Assembly: GCA_963682135.1 (NCBI GenBank)
Contig: OY821645.1
Location: forward strand, 1,024,001 to 1,088,000
DNA: 64,000 nt
Origin: Methanothrix sp.
Lineage (GTDB): Archaea; Halobacteriota; Methanosarcinia; Methanotrichales; Methanotrichaceae
Direction of reading: 5' to 3'
This document shows positions 18,164-28,125 of the stretch, one piece after another. The position numbers were made by a program, and so were the translations under genes. Numbering within the stretch: position 1 is the first letter of the stretch; the number at the start of each line of letters is the position of its first letter. The notes beneath the pieces were generated by a model, which did not search any database, had not been told where the DNA came from, and saw only the letters and a program-made list of their open reading frames with translations.

Positions 18164-20653
18164 ATGACTAGATTTATGATATATATCTTGATAATTCTGG
18201 CGATCGCTAATCCGATTATCGCGACGAATGCAAAGGCGCAAGATATGCCATCCAATTCAGCATCAACTGCAATGAGCGGGATAGATCGTACAATTGCTGA
18301 AAACAATGGGATGAAAATTATTGGGCTTGATATATCAGCGTACCCAAAAATAAAGGTCAATATATTTGCCGATAAATTCTGTGCTCTGTACGGAGATCTC
18401 AAAAAGGAAGACTTCAGGGTTATGGAAGATAAGAGTGATACTACTATCAGCAATTTCTATTTCACGGGCAATGCAACAGGACAAAAGCTTGATCTGGCGA
18501 TCGTCTTTGATGAAACAACCAGCATGGATAGCGAAATAAATGCATTAAAATCGAAGATCAAAGACCTGACTCAAAAGATCAATTCAAGCAGGCTTGATGC
18601 CAGATATTCTTTGGTCACATTCAATGGTGCTGATGTGGCAACGAAGACCAATTGGACCGATGACGCCGGCTCATTTAGAAATGCCATAGGCAGACTCACT
18701 ATCTCAGGGGGAAATCCTGATTTACCAGAAAATTCGCTAGACGGGATAGAGAGGGCGCTGTCTTTTGGATTCAGACCAGAGGCCCAGAAGATCATCATCG
18801 TGGCAACGGATGAACCATCCCAGCAGAAAGGTGATGGAAAATCCAAATCCGTTTATGCAATGGATGATGTCAAGAACGATCTTTTGAAATCCGGTGCCAT
18901 GCTAATTGCCGTCTCTCCGGATTTTCGTAATGCAAATGTCGAAGCTAATGTGCCACGTTCGGATCTGGCAAAGTATGCAGATATGAGAAAGCTGGCAAAT
19001 GAATCCGCCAGCCTGTGGATTGATATAAAAACGGCAGATTTCTCAGAAATATTAAGGCAAATCCAAGGGATACTCACAGGTACATATGTTATCGAGTACA
19101 CATCTGGCAACAAGACACCTTCCGAGAACAGAACGGTCTTTGTCTCTATTGATGCGCCGGGATGCTTGAGAGGCGATGTCTCTGGTGCTTACACCTCGCC
19201 GGGGAGCGCAGCGGCAAACAATGTTCCGCCAGTCATAACCAGCCTGACATCGGATAAGTCAAGCCCACAGGAAGCAGGCACAGTCATATTATGGACGGCT
19301 AATGCATCAGATCCAGATGGCGATTTGATACAATACAAGTTCTACTTAAACGGACTTCCTGCAACCAATTGGCAGTTAAGTAACCAGTGGCCCTGGATCA
19401 CATTTGAAGGCGAATTTCAGGTAGAGGTCCAGGTAAGGGATGGAATGCATGCCGGGCCCAATGAAACGGATGACCGGAAGTGGCAAATATATGAGATAAA
19501 TGCGCCTGCTATTGTTAAAGATATTGAAGAGACCAAAGAGCCTCATGAGTACTCTTGGCAGAAGACCTTTGGAGGATTGTCGGATGATATTGGCGCTGCG
19601 ATCCTGCAGACCTCGGAAGGCGGCTACATAATGACAGGTCATACATCATCTTATGGTGCAGGCGGGATGGATATCTGGATGATCAAGACCGATGCCCAAG
19701 GTAATGAGATATGGAGTGAAACTCTTGGTGGCAAGGGCGATGAATTTGTCACTTCCGTCCAGCAGACTTCTGATGACGGCTATATCATGGTTGGCATAAC
19801 ATCATCTTATGGATCAGGGGGAAGAGATCTATGGATGACAAAGACAGATGCACTGGGAAATAAGCAGTGGGATAAAACCTTCGGAGGATCGTGGGATGAT
19901 GGCGGCATTTCTGTCCGGCAGACCAGGGACGGCGGATTTATCGCAACTGGTGCAACAGGCTCTTTTGGTCCGAGTGTTGTCTGGCTGATCAAGACCGATC
20001 CTAACGGAAACAAAGAATGGGATAAGACCATCTCCCCCGAAGGTGATGTCGGGGAAATGTCCACCGGGTCCTCAGTCCAACAGACCGATGATGGTGGCTA
20101 CATCATTGCCGGCGATTCCTCTAAGGAGAGTGTCTTGCTGATCAAGACTGATGCTCAAGGTAACAAACAGTGGGAGAAGATCTTCGGGGGACTGGCAAGT
20201 GATGGTGCAAACGTTAACGCCAACAGCAGAATCTTGCAGACCTCTGATGGCGGCTATATCATAGATAGCTATACTTCTCAGAATGGTGCAGGGGGAATGG
20301 ATCTTTGGCTGATTAAGGCCGATGCCAAAGGTAATGAGATCTGGAATAAGACTTATGGCGGCAAGGGCGATGACTTTGGCACCACTATTCAGCAGACCTC
20401 GGATGACGGCTATATCATAACCGGCCACACATCTTCTTATGGCGCAGGCGGGATGGATCTATGGATGATCAAGATCGATGCCGCAGGTAATGAGATCTGG
20501 AGTAAGACCTTTGGCGGCAAGGGCGATGACTTTGGCGCTGCGATCCAGCAGACCACAGATGGCGGCTATATCATGACAGGCCGTACATCATCTTATGGTG
20601 CCGGCGGCATGGACCTATGGATGATCAAGACCGATGCTAACGGAAATGTGTAA
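18164..20653 (+). CDS. Secreted vWA + Ig/PKD-like + seven-repeat beta-propeller surface protein
   Basis: Signal peptide, MIDAS-like DETTS and ATDE, ASDPDGD Ig module, seven repeats of about 50 aa. Confidence 0.8.
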   Translation: MTRFMIYILIILAIANPIIATNAKAQDMPSNSASTAMSGIDRTIAENNGMKIIGLDISAYPKIKVNIFADKFCALYGDLKKEDFRVMEDKSDTTISNFYFTGNATGQKLDLAIVFDETTSMDSEINALKSKIKDLTQKINSSRLDARYSLVTFNGADVATKTNWTDDAGSFRNAIGRLTISGGNPDLPENSLDGIERALSFGFRPEAQKIIIVATDEPSQQKGDGKSKSVYAMDDVKNDLLKSGAMLIAVSPDFRNANVEANVPRSDLAKYADMRKLANESASLWIDIKTADFSEILRQIQGILTGTYVIEYTSGNKTPSENRTVFVSIDAPGCLRGDVSGAYTSPGSAAANNVPPVITSLTSDKSSPQEAGTVILWTANASDPDGDLIQYKFYLNGLPATNWQLSNQWPWITFEGEFQVEVQVRDGMHAGPNETDDRKWQIYEINAPAIVKDIEETKEPHEYSWQKTFGGLSDDIGAAILQTSEGGYIMTGHTSSYGAGGMDIWMIKTDAQGNEIWSETLGGKGDEFVTSVQQTSDDGYIMVGITSSYGSGGRDLWMTKTDALGNKQWDKTFGGSWDDGGISVRQTRDGGFIATGATGSFGPSVVWLIKTDPNGNKEWDKTISPEGDVGEMSTGSSVQQTDDGGYIIAGDSSKESVLLIKTDAQGNKQWEKIFGGLASDGANVNANSRILQTSDGGYIIDSYTSQNGAGGMDLWLIKADAKGNEIWNKTYGGKGDDFGTTIQQTSDDGYIITGHTSSYGAGGMDLWMIKIDAAGNEIWSKTFGGKGDDFGAAIQQTTDGGYIMTGRTSSYGAGGMDLWMIKTDANGNV
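19555..20650 (+). repeat. Seven tandem ~150-bp coding repeats (W.KTFGG...QT.DGGYI..G...DLW.IK.D..GN)
   Basis: Recurring GGCTATATCAT..TCTTATGG..GGATGATCAAG blocks. Confidence 0.85.
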
Positions 20654-20994
20654 GGAGCCAAAGAGATGATAAACCGCGAGAGAGGTGCAAAGGGGTGATT
20701 GATGATTCGCATGCATTTTTCGATGTTATCCAATTATAATCGCCCTCGCATTTTACCTTTTTCGTGGTATTCAGAGTGGCACCGAGCAACGCCTAGGTCC
20801 CCGCGCGCGTGCTCCCGCAGGAGCTATTCATCTCCTTTCGCAAAGGCTGATATCAGGTATGAATATATCCAAATTTTTTTTATTGCAGTTTAATGCTTGA
20901 ACTTGATAAATACATACTGATTGGTATCGTAATCATTGTCAAAAGCTGAAACTACATAAGCCCTAAATAGGTACAGTCCTAATAGTGAAGAACT

Positions 20995-22404
20995 ATGTAT
21001 AAAATGGGTCTTACTGGATTTTTTTTTGTTACGCTTGCAGCTCTTATGGGTATTCGGAATTTTCCGACAATGGGATTGGTGCAATGGCAGTTGATTGCCT
21101 ATTCAATTGCGGCTATCATACTATATCTGATTCCTGTTTCTCTGGCTTCCGCAGAAATGGCTACTGGGTGGCCACAAACGGGCGGTGTATATGTATGGGT
21201 TAAGGAAGCTTTTGGTCAGAAGTGGGGATTTACAGCGGTCTGGTTGCAGTGGTTCCAGATGACCATAGGATTTATAGGAGTCTTGACCTTTGTCGCGGCA
21301 ACATTCGCCTATGCTATTAACCCTGCTCTGTCCAATAATAAATTGTACGAATTTCTGGTCATTGCTGTTGTGTGGTGGATTTTCACATTCCTGAACTTCA
21401 GAGGACTCAAAACATATGCCAGGATCTCAACCGTCTTTGTCTCGATCGGGGTATTGATTCCGGCTGCTATTCTGATAATCGGCGGCCTTTGGCGCATATT
21501 TTCCGGGACGCATCCGCTCCAGTTTACCTTACACCCTACCTTTAGCGATCTTATTCCCAACCTCATGGACATTAACAACATTGCGCTACTGATAACCTTC
21601 GTCTTCCTCTTCATTGGTGTGGAAATGACTGCAGTTCACGCAAAGGAGATAAAAGACGTAGGCCGTAATTATCCACTGGGCATTCTTCTTGTGGGTATAG
21701 TCCTGACTGTGGTAAGTATTGTTGGTTCCATTGTCGTAGGACTTGTTATTCCTGCCTCTACCTTGAACCTCATGGCCGGCATAATGCAGGCATTTGAGGC
21801 AATATTTGGACTGGGAATAATTACTACCATAATAGCGCTTATGATCACCATAGGAGCAATCGGCCAGGCATCATCTTGGATCGTGGGTCCGGTTCGAGGC
21901 ATTCTGATAACCGCTAAAGACGGCAACCTGCCCAAAATCCTGCAAAAAGAGAATGAGAATGGAATGCCGGTAAACATGATGATCTTGCAGGCAGTTATCG
22001 TCACGTTCTGGGGTGCAGTGTATGCGCTCCTGCCCGGTGGAGTCAACAGTTCATTTTGGATCTTATTCGCCCTGACCACATTGGTTTACATCGTGATGTA
22101 TCTCTTAATGTATGCTTCTTTGATCAAACTCCGGTATTCTAAGCCTGATGTACCACGTATTTTTAAAATACCAGGCGGGAAAACAGGTGTATGGTTGGTA
22201 GGTGGGTGGGGCTTTATTGCCATGGCATTCCTGTTTATCGTAGCCCTGTTTCCGCCCAGCGAGATATCAGGTAGCGGTTTAACCTCCACAGAATACGTAG
22301 CCTTTCTGCTTGGCGGGACTATCCTGATAACCATAATTCCCATCATCATTCACTCTCTTCGCAAGCCAGGATGGAAACCTGAATCGATGCAGGAAGAGGA
22401 TTAA
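20995..22404 (+). CDS. APC-family amino acid antiporter, GadC-like (copy 1)
   Basis: AEMATGWPQTGGVYVWVKEAFG, GVEM, RNYP, LRYSKPDVPR.FKIPGG. Confidence 0.88.
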   Translation: MYKMGLTGFFFVTLAALMGIRNFPTMGLVQWQLIAYSIAAIILYLIPVSLASAEMATGWPQTGGVYVWVKEAFGQKWGFTAVWLQWFQMTIGFIGVLTFVAATFAYAINPALSNNKLYEFLVIAVVWWIFTFLNFRGLKTYARISTVFVSIGVLIPAAILIIGGLWRIFSGTHPLQFTLHPTFSDLIPNLMDINNIALLITFVFLFIGVEMTAVHAKEIKDVGRNYPLGILLVGIVLTVVSIVGSIVVGLVIPASTLNLMAGIMQAFEAIFGLGIITTIIALMITIGAIGQASSWIVGPVRGILITAKDGNLPKILQKENENGMPVNMMILQAVIVTFWGAVYALLPGGVNSSFWILFALTTLVYIVMYLLMYASLIKLRYSKPDVPRIFKIPGGKTGVWLVGGWGFIAMAFLFIVALFPPSEISGSGLTSTEYVAFLLGGTILITIIPIIIHSLRKPGWKPESMQEED

Positions 22405-22459
22405 CCTATGATAGCAAAAGCACTATCATCGGAGCAAAACCAATAAACCGAGTGATTTC

Positions 22460-23875
22460 ATGCGTGCTACTGATAATGATAATATTTTCAAAATGAGCCT
22501 TCCGATCTTTACACTTGTCACACTTGCCTCTCTTTACAATATACGCAAATTTCCGACCCTTGCAGAACTCCATTGGGAATTGGTGACCTTTTCTCTTATT
22601 GCATTCGTCATCTATCTCATTCCTGCATCTCTGGTATCGGCAGAACTGGCCACAGGCTGGCCACAGGCGGGCGGAGTGTACGTATGGGTTAAGGAAGCCT
22701 TTGGTGAGAGGTGGGCATTCACTGCAGTATGGTTGCAGTGGTTTCAGATGACCATAGGATTTGTGGCAGCTTTGAGTTTCATTGCTGCTACGCTATCCTA
22801 TGTTTTTAACCCTGCCCTGGCCAACAGCAAACTCTACGAATTCATCGTAATAGTTGTCATTTGGTGGGCCTTGACGTTATTTAATCAGAGGGGACTGAAA
22901 ACCTACACACTTATCAGTTCATCCTTTCTAATTATAGGAATGATAATTCCATCCATTCTCTTAATTGGGGGGGCTTTATCATATGTCATGTCCGGCAACC
23001 CTGTTCAGATGACTCTGAGGCCAAATCTAAGCGATTTTATGCCTGATTTCACTAACCTCAACTCCATGGTGCTCCTACTGACTTTTGTATTCCTTTTTTT
23101 TGGAATTGAAATGACCGCCACCCATGCAAAGGAGATAAAAAATGTCAGGAGAAACTATCCCCTGGCTATTTTGATGGTCGGATTGGTCATGACCGCAGCA
23201 AGTATTGTAGGTGCCCTCTTGTTGGCTATGCTTGTGCCCAAGGAGAATCTAAACCTTCTGGCGGGTATAATGCAAGCATTTGAGAAGATACTTGGCTCTC
23301 ATAGCTGGATCGTATCGGTGATCGCACTTATGATCGCAATAGGGTCTATTGGTGAGGCTTCAACGTGGATTCTGGGCCCCATCCGAGGATTGGCATCAAC
23401 AGCTAAAGAAGGAAGCTTACCACCCATTCTCCAAAAGATTAACAAAAATCAGATACCTGCAAATATTATGATTCTACAGGCCTTATTGATTACTTTTTGG
23501 GCAGCAGTATACGTGCTTCTGCCCGGTGGAGTAAATGGCTCCTACTGGATGCTGCTCTCTCTTACTTCACTGGTCTATCTTGTGATGTATTTTTTCATGT
23601 ATGCAGCAGCCATAAAATTGAGATATTCGCAACCCGATGTTAAAAGGCCTTTTAAAATACCTGGTGGGAAGAAAGGAATGTGGTTAGTATCCGGATTCGG
23701 ATTAATTGCCCTGATATTCATCTTCATACTGGCATTAATACCCCCCAGCCAGATCACCATCACAGGCTTATCAACATTACAGTACTTGATATTCATGCTT
23801 GGTGGAGTCACTTTCATTACTCTGGTCCCTTTAATCGTCTATTCAAGACGTAAACCCGAATGGAAACCAAGATGA
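22460..23875 (+). CDS. APC-family amino acid antiporter, GadC-like (copy 2)
   Basis: AELATGWPQAGGVYVWVKEAFG, GIEM, RNYP, LRYSQPDVKRPFKIPGG. Confidence 0.88.
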   Translation: MRATDNDNIFKMSLPIFTLVTLASLYNIRKFPTLAELHWELVTFSLIAFVIYLIPASLVSAELATGWPQAGGVYVWVKEAFGERWAFTAVWLQWFQMTIGFVAALSFIAATLSYVFNPALANSKLYEFIVIVVIWWALTLFNQRGLKTYTLISSSFLIIGMIIPSILLIGGALSYVMSGNPVQMTLRPNLSDFMPDFTNLNSMVLLLTFVFLFFGIEMTATHAKEIKNVRRNYPLAILMVGLVMTAASIVGALLLAMLVPKENLNLLAGIMQAFEKILGSHSWIVSVIALMIAIGSIGEASTWILGPIRGLASTAKEGSLPPILQKINKNQIPANIMILQALLITFWAAVYVLLPGGVNGSYWMLLSLTSLVYLVMYFFMYAAAIKLRYSQPDVKRPFKIPGGKKGMWLVSGFGLIALIFIFILALIPPSQITITGLSTLQYLIFMLGGVTFITLVPLIVYSRRKPEWKPR

Positions 23876-23897
23876 CTTTCCATTTTTTCTAATCACC

Positions 23898-24260
23898 TCA
23901 TTCTCTAATCTCAAAGGGATAGAGGAAGATACCAGACACCATTTTGGTCGTATAATTTCCTTTCGACCCCATGACTACCAGAATGTTTTTGTCCAGCTCA
24001 AGTAGCATCTGACGTTCGTCTCCGGCAGGCGCAACGGCCCTTCCGTCCGGCAAGATATTAGCCACCGCCAGGATGTTGCCCTCACCCTCGGATATCGCCT
24101 TGAAGACAGCCAGCTTCTGGGTGCTGGTGGACAGGCCGCAAAGGGCATTCTCGATGTTGCTGCCGGAGTAGATCTTGCCGGAGGAGGTGAGCACTGCCGA
24201 GCCCACCGGGTAGCGCGAATATGATGCATAGGTGTTGAAGCTGGCCTGGCGCGAGGCAGT
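23898..24260 (-). pseudogene. Cytidine-deaminase-like gene, 5'-truncated and lacking Zn ligands
   Basis: Homology extends upstream of GTG 24206 (RQASFNTYASYSRYPVGSAVLT..GSNIENA) with no in-frame start; CAE replaced by STQ and PCGxC by PAGDE. Confidence 0.6.
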
Positions 24261-24322
24261 TTTGCGAAAACTATTTCTACAATTGCCGTAGTTCCTCTCA
24301 TCTCACAAGTGAGGCTAGACGC

Positions 24323-26980
24323 GTGAAATGGCATTCAATTCCAATCGATGAGGTTCTCTCCGGCCTGAAATCAGGGCTAAATGGATTAAGCTCTGATGAT
24401 GCTGTCCGCAGAATCGCTGAGTATGGTCCCAATCAACTGGAAAGCCCCTCCAAACCATCGCCGTTGAAAATATTTCTGGGCAAATTTAAGGATTATATGG
24501 TTCTTGTGCTCATCTTTGCAGCCCTGATCTCATATATCGCCGGCGAGAGCACCAATGCCTACGTCATTTTGGGAATAGTCATTCTCGTGGCGATCATTGG
24601 ATTCTTCCAGGAATATAAAGCGGAACGGGCCATGGAGGCGTTGCGGGAGATGGTGGCCCCGGAGGCGGATGTCATGCGGGATGGCAAGATGAGCACCATC
24701 CCCGCCTCGGACCTTGTTCCTGGTGATATGGTCTTTCTGGAAGCCGGGGATAAGGTTCCGGCAGATGCTCGAATTGTTGAGGAGACGGCCCTGGAGATCA
24801 TTGAGGCTTCTTTAACCGGGGAATCGCTGCCTGTTAAGAAAGGTAGAGAACAGCTGCCTGAAGAGGCCGCTCTTGCCGACCGAAAGAATATGGTATTCAT
24901 GGGGACCATTGTCTCCTACGGCAATTGCAGGGCGGTTGTAACGGCTACAGGACTTGCTACTGAACTTGGCCGAATCTCGGGCATGATCAAACAGAGGCAA
25001 GCAGATCCGCCCCTTAAGATAAAGCTGGAACAGCTGGCCAAGAGACAGGCCCTTCTGGTATTTTTCATCGCGGCAATTGTCTTTGTGCTCGACGCCAGCC
25101 GGGGCTCGCCTGTAATGGATTCTCTGATCGCAGCCATTGCTCTCGCCGTTGCTGGTGTGCCTGAAGCTCTTCCGTTTATAGTTACCCTGGCTTTGGCTTT
25201 CGGAACCCAGGCCATGGCCAAGAAGAACGCCATAATCAGAAGGCTTCCTGCGGTCGAGACCCTGGGATCGACTACGGTGATATGTACAGATAAGACCGGT
25301 ACACTCACCACCGGCGAGATGACGCTGCGAGAGATTCAAACCTTCAGGACCGTTCATGTGGATGGACCCGGCTACACTCCGGTTGGCTCCTTTTCAGAGC
25401 AAGGCAGGCTCATCGATCCCCAGGGGGAGGATCTGGTCCAGCTGCTCAAGATTGGAACGCTTACAAACAATGCGGATATCGAGAAAGCCAACGGCAACTG
25501 GCGCATCGTGGGCGATCCAACAGAAGGCGCGATAATTGTTGCCGCCAAAAAGGCAGGCATCCTGGAGATAATCAGAAAGAGCAGCACACGGATTGCAGAG
25601 TATCCTTTCGATTCCGATCGCCGGAGGATGACAACAATCGATCTGATGCAGGATGAGGGTCGAATTGTATCCATGAAGGGGGCACCGGAGGCGGTCCTCG
25701 ACAGATGCACCCGCATTATCCGCGCTGATGGTCTCTCGCCTCTTACGGAAGAGGACAGGAAGATGATCCTGGCCAGGGCGGACGGCATGGCAGATTGTGC
25801 CTTGAGGGTCCTGGCATTTGCCGGTAAATCTCTGGAAAGCCGTGATCCTTTGGATATGGATTTTGTGGAATCGGGGCTGATATTTACCGGTCTTGCCGGC
25901 ATGATGGACCCACCCAGAAAAGAGGTGTTGGATGCCATTTCCGTAAGCAAGAAGGCAGGCATCAGGACCGTTATGATCACAGGAGACCACCGCCTCACAG
26001 CTAAGGCCATCGGCAAGGAACTGGATATCGGCAACGGCGAGGTCATTGAAGGATCTGATCTGGAGAGGATGAGCGAGAGCGATCTGCAGACGCGCATCAA
26101 TGATGTCTCGATATTTGCCCGTGTCACTGCCGAGCACAAAGTACGCATCGTCGAGGCCCTGAAAAAGCGAGGCAACATCGTAGCCATGACGGGAGACGGT
26201 GTGAACGATGCTCCTGCTTTGAAGGCATCAGATATCGGTATCGCCATGGGGAAGACGGGAACTGAGGTTACCAAGGAAGCATCGGATATGGTCATCGCCG
26301 ATGATAACTTCGCCACCATCGTAGGAGCGGTTCTGGAAGGCAGAAGGATCTATGACAACATAAGAAAGGGAACCACCTACCTTCTGGCCGTCAGCTTTGC
26401 TGAGCTTGCTACTATCTTTGTGGCTGTCCTTCTGGGCTATCCCATTCCACTTCTAGCCGCGCAAATTCTCTGGATTAATGTCGTGGCGGAGGAGTTTCCG
26501 GCCATAGGGCTTGCCCTGGAGCCGGCGCACGCCCAGATCATGACAAAGAAACCGCGCGATCCCAAAGAGAGCATGCCGTCCAAGAGCCTGATGATCTATA
26601 CCCTGGGAATTGCAGCCGCAATTGTGACCGGCACATTGGGCCTGTACTTGGCATCGCTGCAGATGGGACAGGACCTGAGCTACGCCAGAACTATGGCCTT
26701 TGTGGGGCTGGGATTCTTCACGGTATATAACGCCTATTGCTGCCGTTCTCTTGATGAGTCCGTTTTCAACATGAATCCCTTAGGCAATAAGACACTTCTC
26801 TTAGGAATTGCCGGATCGATAATCTCCATTCTGGCCGTGGTGTACATTCCATTTATGCAATCCATCTTCCAGACCAAGCCACTAACATCGGAGAGCTGGG
26901 CGATGGTTCTGGGTGTCGGTTTGCTGGTGGTTCTGGCTGCTGAGGTCATGAAGAAGGTGCTGCCGGGCCTTAGATCATAG
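24323..26980 (+). CDS. P-type (type II) cation-transporting ATPase
   Basis: TGES, PEAL, DKTGT phosphorylation motif, KGAPE, DPPR, TGDGVNDAPALK. Confidence 0.95.
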   Translation: MKWHSIPIDEVLSGLKSGLNGLSSDDAVRRIAEYGPNQLESPSKPSPLKIFLGKFKDYMVLVLIFAALISYIAGESTNAYVILGIVILVAIIGFFQEYKAERAMEALREMVAPEADVMRDGKMSTIPASDLVPGDMVFLEAGDKVPADARIVEETALEIIEASLTGESLPVKKGREQLPEEAALADRKNMVFMGTIVSYGNCRAVVTATGLATELGRISGMIKQRQADPPLKIKLEQLAKRQALLVFFIAAIVFVLDASRGSPVMDSLIAAIALAVAGVPEALPFIVTLALAFGTQAMAKKNAIIRRLPAVETLGSTTVICTDKTGTLTTGEMTLREIQTFRTVHVDGPGYTPVGSFSEQGRLIDPQGEDLVQLLKIGTLTNNADIEKANGNWRIVGDPTEGAIIVAAKKAGILEIIRKSSTRIAEYPFDSDRRRMTTIDLMQDEGRIVSMKGAPEAVLDRCTRIIRADGLSPLTEEDRKMILARADGMADCALRVLAFAGKSLESRDPLDMDFVESGLIFTGLAGMMDPPRKEVLDAISVSKKAGIRTVMITGDHRLTAKAIGKELDIGNGEVIEGSDLERMSESDLQTRINDVSIFARVTAEHKVRIVEALKKRGNIVAMTGDGVNDAPALKASDIGIAMGKTGTEVTKEASDMVIADDNFATIVGAVLEGRRIYDNIRKGTTYLLAVSFAELATIFVAVLLGYPIPLLAAQILWINVVAEEFPAIGLALEPAHAQIMTKKPRDPKESMPSKSLMIYTLGIAAAIVTGTLGLYLASLQMGQDLSYARTMAFVGLGFFTVYNAYCCRSLDESVFNMNPLGNKTLLLGIAGSIISILAVVYIPFMQSIFQTKPLTSESWAMVLGVGLLVVLAAEVMKKVLPGLRS

Positions 26981-27019
26981 GATAAACTTGAAGATTAAAG
27001 AGAAGACAATATATCAACT

Positions 27020-27496
27020 ATGAAACGCAAAACTGCAGGATCACAGATAAGTGCTCGCATAGCACTTCTCTTGCTCTTCTCTTTACCTCTGTTGGTACTT
27101 CCAGCTATCGCATATGATTTTACGGGAACGGTTGTGAAAGTCACAGAGCTAAACAGCATGACGGTGAATATTACCCAACCAGGGACTTATGGATTGCAGG
27201 CAAAGGTCGAGGTCCTTCTCGATAAACCTCTGGCAAATCTTGGCTCATTCAAAGGAAAGGAGCTACAATTCGAGATGCTGGGACGTGATATCCTCGGACG
27301 GCCGATATGTGAGGCATATCTCAATGGGATCAACATTCGCAATGTTTACGACGGATGGCAACCCCCAATTGTCTACGGCTATAGTCCCGGCTACTACTAC
27401 AACTACTACGGATGGGAATGGAATAGACAATATGATGGAAGATATTATATGCCATGCATTGGACAATGCCCACCATATTATTATCCGTACTTTTGA
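27020..27496 (+). CDS. Secreted protein with degenerate thermonuclease-like OB fold and Tyr-rich tail
   Basis: Signal peptide; GTVVKV...DILGR..CEAYLNG.NI resembles SNase; YYYNYYGW and PYYYPYF tail. Confidence 0.5.
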   Translation: MKRKTAGSQISARIALLLLFSLPLLVLPAIAYDFTGTVVKVTELNSMTVNITQPGTYGLQAKVEVLLDKPLANLGSFKGKELQFEMLGRDILGRPICEAYLNGINIRNVYDGWQPPIVYGYSPGYYYNYYGWEWNRQYDGRYYMPCIGQCPPYYYPYF

Positions 27497-27615
27497 AATC
27501 TTTTTGCCATAATTGCGTGAGCCAAAACGGTGGTGAATAGGAGGGAGGCAAGAGCCATCTGTGCAAAGAAAAATGAAGGATGACTCCCCCTCATTTAAAT
27601 TTTTATAGCATTCCA

Positions 27616-27975
27616 CTAAGCAGGCCAATCATCGAAATCCGGCAGGCGAGATGACATGACCAAGGACTGTATTCTGCTCGGGTCCATTGCCTTGGCGAGA
27701 GGCTTCCCCTTATCTTTGCGCATCAATTGGTAGGCGATCTCCGGGTCCACATTGTATCGCTCCAGGTACTCACTTCGGGAGAGGTTGCCGCCCATGCTGG
27801 AAACGTAAATGGGGTTGCCGACAACCGGCGTGATCTTTCCAACCGGCAAGATCCATTCAAAACCAAGAGGAAGATCGCAAAGCCAGTCCTCTGGACTGTA
27901 TTCAGGATCAATAAGCACCTCTTTATCCTTTTCATTCACTGAACCACAATTTTTGCAGATGAATTTTATCTTCAT
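27616..27975 (-). CDS. Hypothetical protein with CxxC motif
   Basis: 119-aa ORF with GAGG RBS and CKNCG. Confidence 0.6.
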   Translation of the reverse strand: MKIKFICKNCGSVNEKDKEVLIDPEYSPEDWLCDLPLGFEWILPVGKITPVVGNPIYVSSMGGNLSRSEYLERYNVDPEIAYQLMRKDKGKPLAKAMDPSRIQSLVMSSRLPDFDDWPA

Positions 27976-28125
27976 ACTTCTACCTCAATATCCTACTATG
28001 AAATACTTGATAACAGTATATATAATTAACTAAACAAATCATTTCTAGGTATTGCCCGGTAAATCGTTCGGAAATCACTTCCGGCCCAAAAGCTACACCT
28101 ACTTTGACCGCATCGGACTATATTT

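Noticed and set aside
20700-20900. Possible riboswitch ahead of the antiporter pair
   Set aside because: There is a short GC-rich patch, but no consensus of a riboswitch class that I recognise.
24559-26319. Long antisense ORFs opposite the P-type ATPase (similar ones opposite rfcL, top6AB and pyrG)
   Set aside because: These are shadow ORFs of GC-rich conserved genes with no motifs of their own.
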